NCBI GenBank assembly: GCA_965227295.1
Contig: OZ245742.1
Location: 992,001-1,056,000 of the forward strand
DNA length: 64,000 bases
From: Leptonemataceae bacterium
Lineage (GTDB): Bacteria; Spirochaetota; Leptospiria; Leptospirales; Leptonemataceae
Direction: 5' to 3'
Below the pieces are notes generated by a model. The model made no database searches, had not been told where the DNA came from, and was given only the letters and a program-made list of their open reading frames with translations. Within the stretch, counting starts at the first letter, position 1; each line of letters opens with the position of its first letter. The position numbers were made by a program, and so were the translations under genes. Of this stretch, positions 61,097 through 64,000 are shown piece by piece.

Positions 61097-62368
61097 ATGG
61101 CCGGCATCAAGAACAGACTGCGACTCTACGATCGCTCCTTCGGCGACGCCCCCGATGCATCCGCATCGAACGAGCCGGTCCCCGCTCCGCCGCCGGCAAG
61201 CCCGCATCTCGCTCCCAAACAGTTCGGTTCCGCGCAGTTTCGCGCCCATGCGGAAGCGGTTTACGTACGCCGCGAACGTCTGGAAAGTCCCGGCCTCGGT
61301 TCCGTGCGCCTCGCCGATCATCTGCCGTTACGATTGAGCGGGATTCTGGAGCTGGCCCTCTGGCCGCGCCCGGAGGCTTTGCATCCGGAGGACGTCCTCT
61401 TTCTGGATACGGAAACCACCGGACTGAGCCGGGGCGTCGGCACCCTTCCGTTTCTTACGGGCCTCGCATTTTTCGAGGGCCACGCCCTAATTGTTGAACA
61501 GATATACTTAGACAACCCCGGCGGCGAAGAAGCCTACCTCGACTATCTCAAGCAGACCATGGAACGTTTCGAGTACCTCGTAAGCTACAACGGCCGTTCC
61601 TTCGACGTTCCGCTCATTCGCAACCGGCTCATCGTGAATCGCAAGAGCGGGCTGCGCGACGTGCCGCACTTCGACCTGCTGCACATCTTTCGGCGCCTGT
61701 TTCCGAAAGGCAGCCTGCCCGGCTACAAACAACAACACCTGGAACAAGAACTATTGCGCTTCGAACGCGAGGATGACATCCCCGGGGCCGAGATTCCGCA
61801 GATCTACTTCGACTACGTAAAGTACGGCCACGACGGCGGCATGGCCGACGTTTTCGCGCACAACTTCCGCGACCTCCAGGGCATGGTGTTGATTTTCCTC
61901 GAAGCCATTCGCATCTACGACGGTCGGGAAGGCGCACGGGGCGCCTTGCGTTCGGGCCTGGCCCGCATTCTGTTGCGCAACCGCCGCGAAGACGAGGCGC
62001 TGCATTTCCTGGAGAACATCGCGAGCGAACACGAGGCCGCCCTCACCGGCGACGAGGCCGCCGAAGTCTTAAGGTATCGTGATCTGTTATTACTGGGCCA
62101 GCTCTATCGCAGCCGCGGCGCCGCAGAAAAGGCCGTCATGATCTTCACGCGCGTCATTCATCGCTACGACTGCGCCTACGCGCGCATGTCCGTGGCGAAG
62201 CTCTACGAACACCGTCTGCGCGATTTTGACGCTGCGCTGCGTTACACGGACGAACTCATCGAACGTTTTCACGGTAACACGACCGAAGCAGCACCGGCCC
62301 GCGGATTGTACTCCCGCGCCGAACTGGAAAAACGCCGCAGCCGCATCGTACGGAAGATGGATTCGTGA
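61097..62368 (+). CDS. YprB-like RNase H-fold 3'-5' exonuclease with TPR-like C-terminus
   Basis: FLDTETTGL, SYNGRSFD.P, HFDLLH, HN..D; AKLYEHR. Confidence 0.85.
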   Translation: MAGIKNRLRLYDRSFGDAPDASASNEPVPAPPPASPHLAPKQFGSAQFRAHAEAVYVRRERLESPGLGSVRLADHLPLRLSGILELALWPRPEALHPEDVLFLDTETTGLSRGVGTLPFLTGLAFFEGHALIVEQIYLDNPGGEEAYLDYLKQTMERFEYLVSYNGRSFDVPLIRNRLIVNRKSGLRDVPHFDLLHIFRRLFPKGSLPGYKQQHLEQELLRFEREDDIPGAEIPQIYFDYVKYGHDGGMADVFAHNFRDLQGMVLIFLEAIRIYDGREGARGALRSGLARILLRNRREDEALHFLENIASEHEAALTGDEAAEVLRYRDLLLLGQLYRSRGAAEKAVMIFTRVIHRYDCAYARMSVAKLYEHRLRDFDAALRYTDELIERFHGNTTEAAPARGLYSRAELEKRRSRIVRKMDS

Positions 62369-62375
62369 TTCGAAT

Positions 62376-62792
62376 CTATTTCTTTTTCCTGGCAGCCTTC
62401 TTTTTCGCGGCCCGTTTCTTTTTCTTCGCTGCCTTCTTCGCGGATTTGCGTGCCGGCGTCCCCGAACGCACCGCGGCCTCGTAGGCCTTGCGTGCCCAGG
62501 TAAGCATGACTTCGCGATTCTCCAGCGCGTCGTCCGGAGCGCGGTGATAGGACATGGCAACGGGCTTCGGCCGATTGTAGAGCGTGAACGGCTCGAGGTC
62601 CAGTTCCTCAAAATCCGCGCGATTGCCGTCGTCTACCTTCAAGTACAACACATCGTCGGCGACGAGCCCGAACATCTTGCTGCCGCGGTAAATGCCGAAG
62701 CCCCCGAACATGCGTTTCGCCTGCACGGCGCCCAGATCGGCCATCAGGTCCAGGAGGTGATCGATGAATTCGTTGTTGTGAGCGGTTTTCAT
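62376..62792 (-). CDS. TfoX/Sxy N-terminal domain protein with a basic Lys/Ala tail
   Basis: KRMFGGFGIY...MFGLV.DDVLYLKVD, PF.Y, MSY; tail KKAAKKKKRAAKKKAARKKK. Confidence 0.85.
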   Translation of the reverse strand: MKTAHNNEFIDHLLDLMADLGAVQAKRMFGGFGIYRGSKMFGLVADDVLYLKVDDGNRADFEELDLEPFTLYNRPKPVAMSYHRAPDDALENREVMLTWARKAYEAAVRSGTPARKSAKKAAKKKKRAAKKKAARKKK

Positions 62793-62868
62793 ATGGGTTC
62801 GTGGTTGCACGGATACTGCGAATCGTCGACGAGGGACGCAATCCGAATTCCCGGGCCAGGAGGTCAGA

Positions 62869-63840
62869 GTGGCCGTTCAAATCATCCGTTACCGTTCCGG
62901 CAAGAGCGGCGCACAGTGGGGTGTCGTCGATGGGCGTACCATTCGCCCGGTGTCCGGCACCTATCCGACCACCGCGGATTTTCTACTCAAGGGTTCACCC
63001 CGGGCGCGCAAGCTGGCCGCGGCGAAACGGTCGAAGGGCGCAAAGAAGATCCTCATTGAAAAAGTAGAGATCCTGAGTCCGGTCACGGCCGACGCGCAGA
63101 TCGTCTGCCAGGGCAAGAACTACACCGAACACATCAAGGAGACCGGCTTTCGTCCCGAGGACAAAAGCTACAATCTCCTCTTCACGAAAGCCTCTTCGTC
63201 GCTCACGGGCGCCCGCGGCACGGTCTTACGGCCGCGCGGGGTCCGGCTGCTGGACTACGAACTGGAGCTCGGCCTCGTCATCGGTCGGCCGCCGGAACGC
63301 GGCGGCAGTGTGAATCCGGCGGATTGCGTGGCGGCACTGGTCATCGCCAACGACATTTCCGCCCGGGACATCCAGGTCCCCCAGGGCCAGTGGTTCAAGG
63401 GCAAGTCGTACCGTACCTTCTGCCCGGTGGGACCGTATCTGGTCCTGCTGGATCGAGACGAACTGGACCATCTCGGCGATCTGGAACTCGTCCTGCGGGT
63501 GAACGGGGAAATCCGTCAGCGCGCCCACATGCGGCAGATGCTCTTCGCCCCCGCTGAAACCCTTACGGAAATTGCCGGGCTCATGGAGCTGCGCCCGGGC
63601 GATCTCGTACTCACCGGAACCCCGGCGGGCGTTGCCATGCAGATTCCGCGGGGCTGGAAGGTGAAACTCGCGCGCCTCTTTCTCTCCGAGCCGGCCCTCA
63701 TGAAAAAATTCGTGGAATCACAGGCGGCTTCCGGTCGCTACCTCAAGGACGAGGATGTCATTCACGCGAGCATCCGCAACTCCGACGACTCCATCGACCT
63801 GGGTATGCAAGAGCTGGTGATCAAGAGTGTCACCGGCTAG
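62869..63840 (+). CDS. Fumarylacetoacetate hydrolase family protein
   Basis: GKNY..H, LDYELELG, NDISARD, KGKSY.TFCP.GP, LTGTPAG. Confidence 0.9.
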   Translation: MAVQIIRYRSGKSGAQWGVVDGRTIRPVSGTYPTTADFLLKGSPRARKLAAAKRSKGAKKILIEKVEILSPVTADAQIVCQGKNYTEHIKETGFRPEDKSYNLLFTKASSSLTGARGTVLRPRGVRLLDYELELGLVIGRPPERGGSVNPADCVAALVIANDISARDIQVPQGQWFKGKSYRTFCPVGPYLVLLDRDELDHLGDLELVLRVNGEIRQRAHMRQMLFAPAETLTEIAGLMELRPGDLVLTGTPAGVAMQIPRGWKVKLARLFLSEPALMKKFVESQAASGRYLKDEDVIHASIRNSDDSIDLGMQELVIKSVTG

Positions 63841-63966
63841 CCGCACCCGGGTGGTGATTTTTTTGGTGCCGTTTTCCGTACCGAATGTCTAACTAAATAT
63901 GTGAAGGACAGGTCCGTGAGCCCTGCTCATGTCTTATCTTTCCGTACCGTAGAAACCTGAGAATGT

Positions 63967-64000
63967 GAGGGGTCCCGTGCAATCCGGGGCCCCTCTTTTT
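63967..64000 (+). terminator. Intrinsic (Rho-independent) terminator
   Basis: 11-bp stem GAGGGGTCCCG / CGGGGCCCCTC (one G-U pair) followed by TTTTT at the window end. Confidence 0.75.

Overview
A GC-rich, densely coding bacterial chromosomal segment, probably from a Leptospirales-like spirochaete (inferred from a LruC-type lipoprotein, a membrane-anchored AraC regulator and a 7TM-SpoIIE phosphatase). Recognisable genes include polB, metY, astA/astB, lon, an HtrA protease, mccB, lemA, an MscS channel, rtcB, argG, sixA, ABC/MFS transporters and four tandem GT4 glycosyltransferases. There is one intact IS481-family element (42815-43969, 7-bp target duplication). The strongest novelty candidate is a compact divergent cluster with no PKS or ACP (29346-35094): an acyl-CoA ligase, two KAS III enzymes with intact catalytic triads, a carboxylating enoyl-CoA reductase whose pocket residues suggest longer-chain substrates, and a ketoreductase-like SDR. 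It may make an alpha-branched lipid, beta-lactone or pyrone. Also notable are a lone AT-rich P-loop ATPase gene enclosed by ~35-bp imperfect inverted repeats with no transposase, a 142-bp non-coding repeat in two copies that each begin at a stop codon, and several REP-like palindromes. No CRISPR array, tRNA or rRNA was recognised. All calls come from reading motifs by eye; no database search was run.
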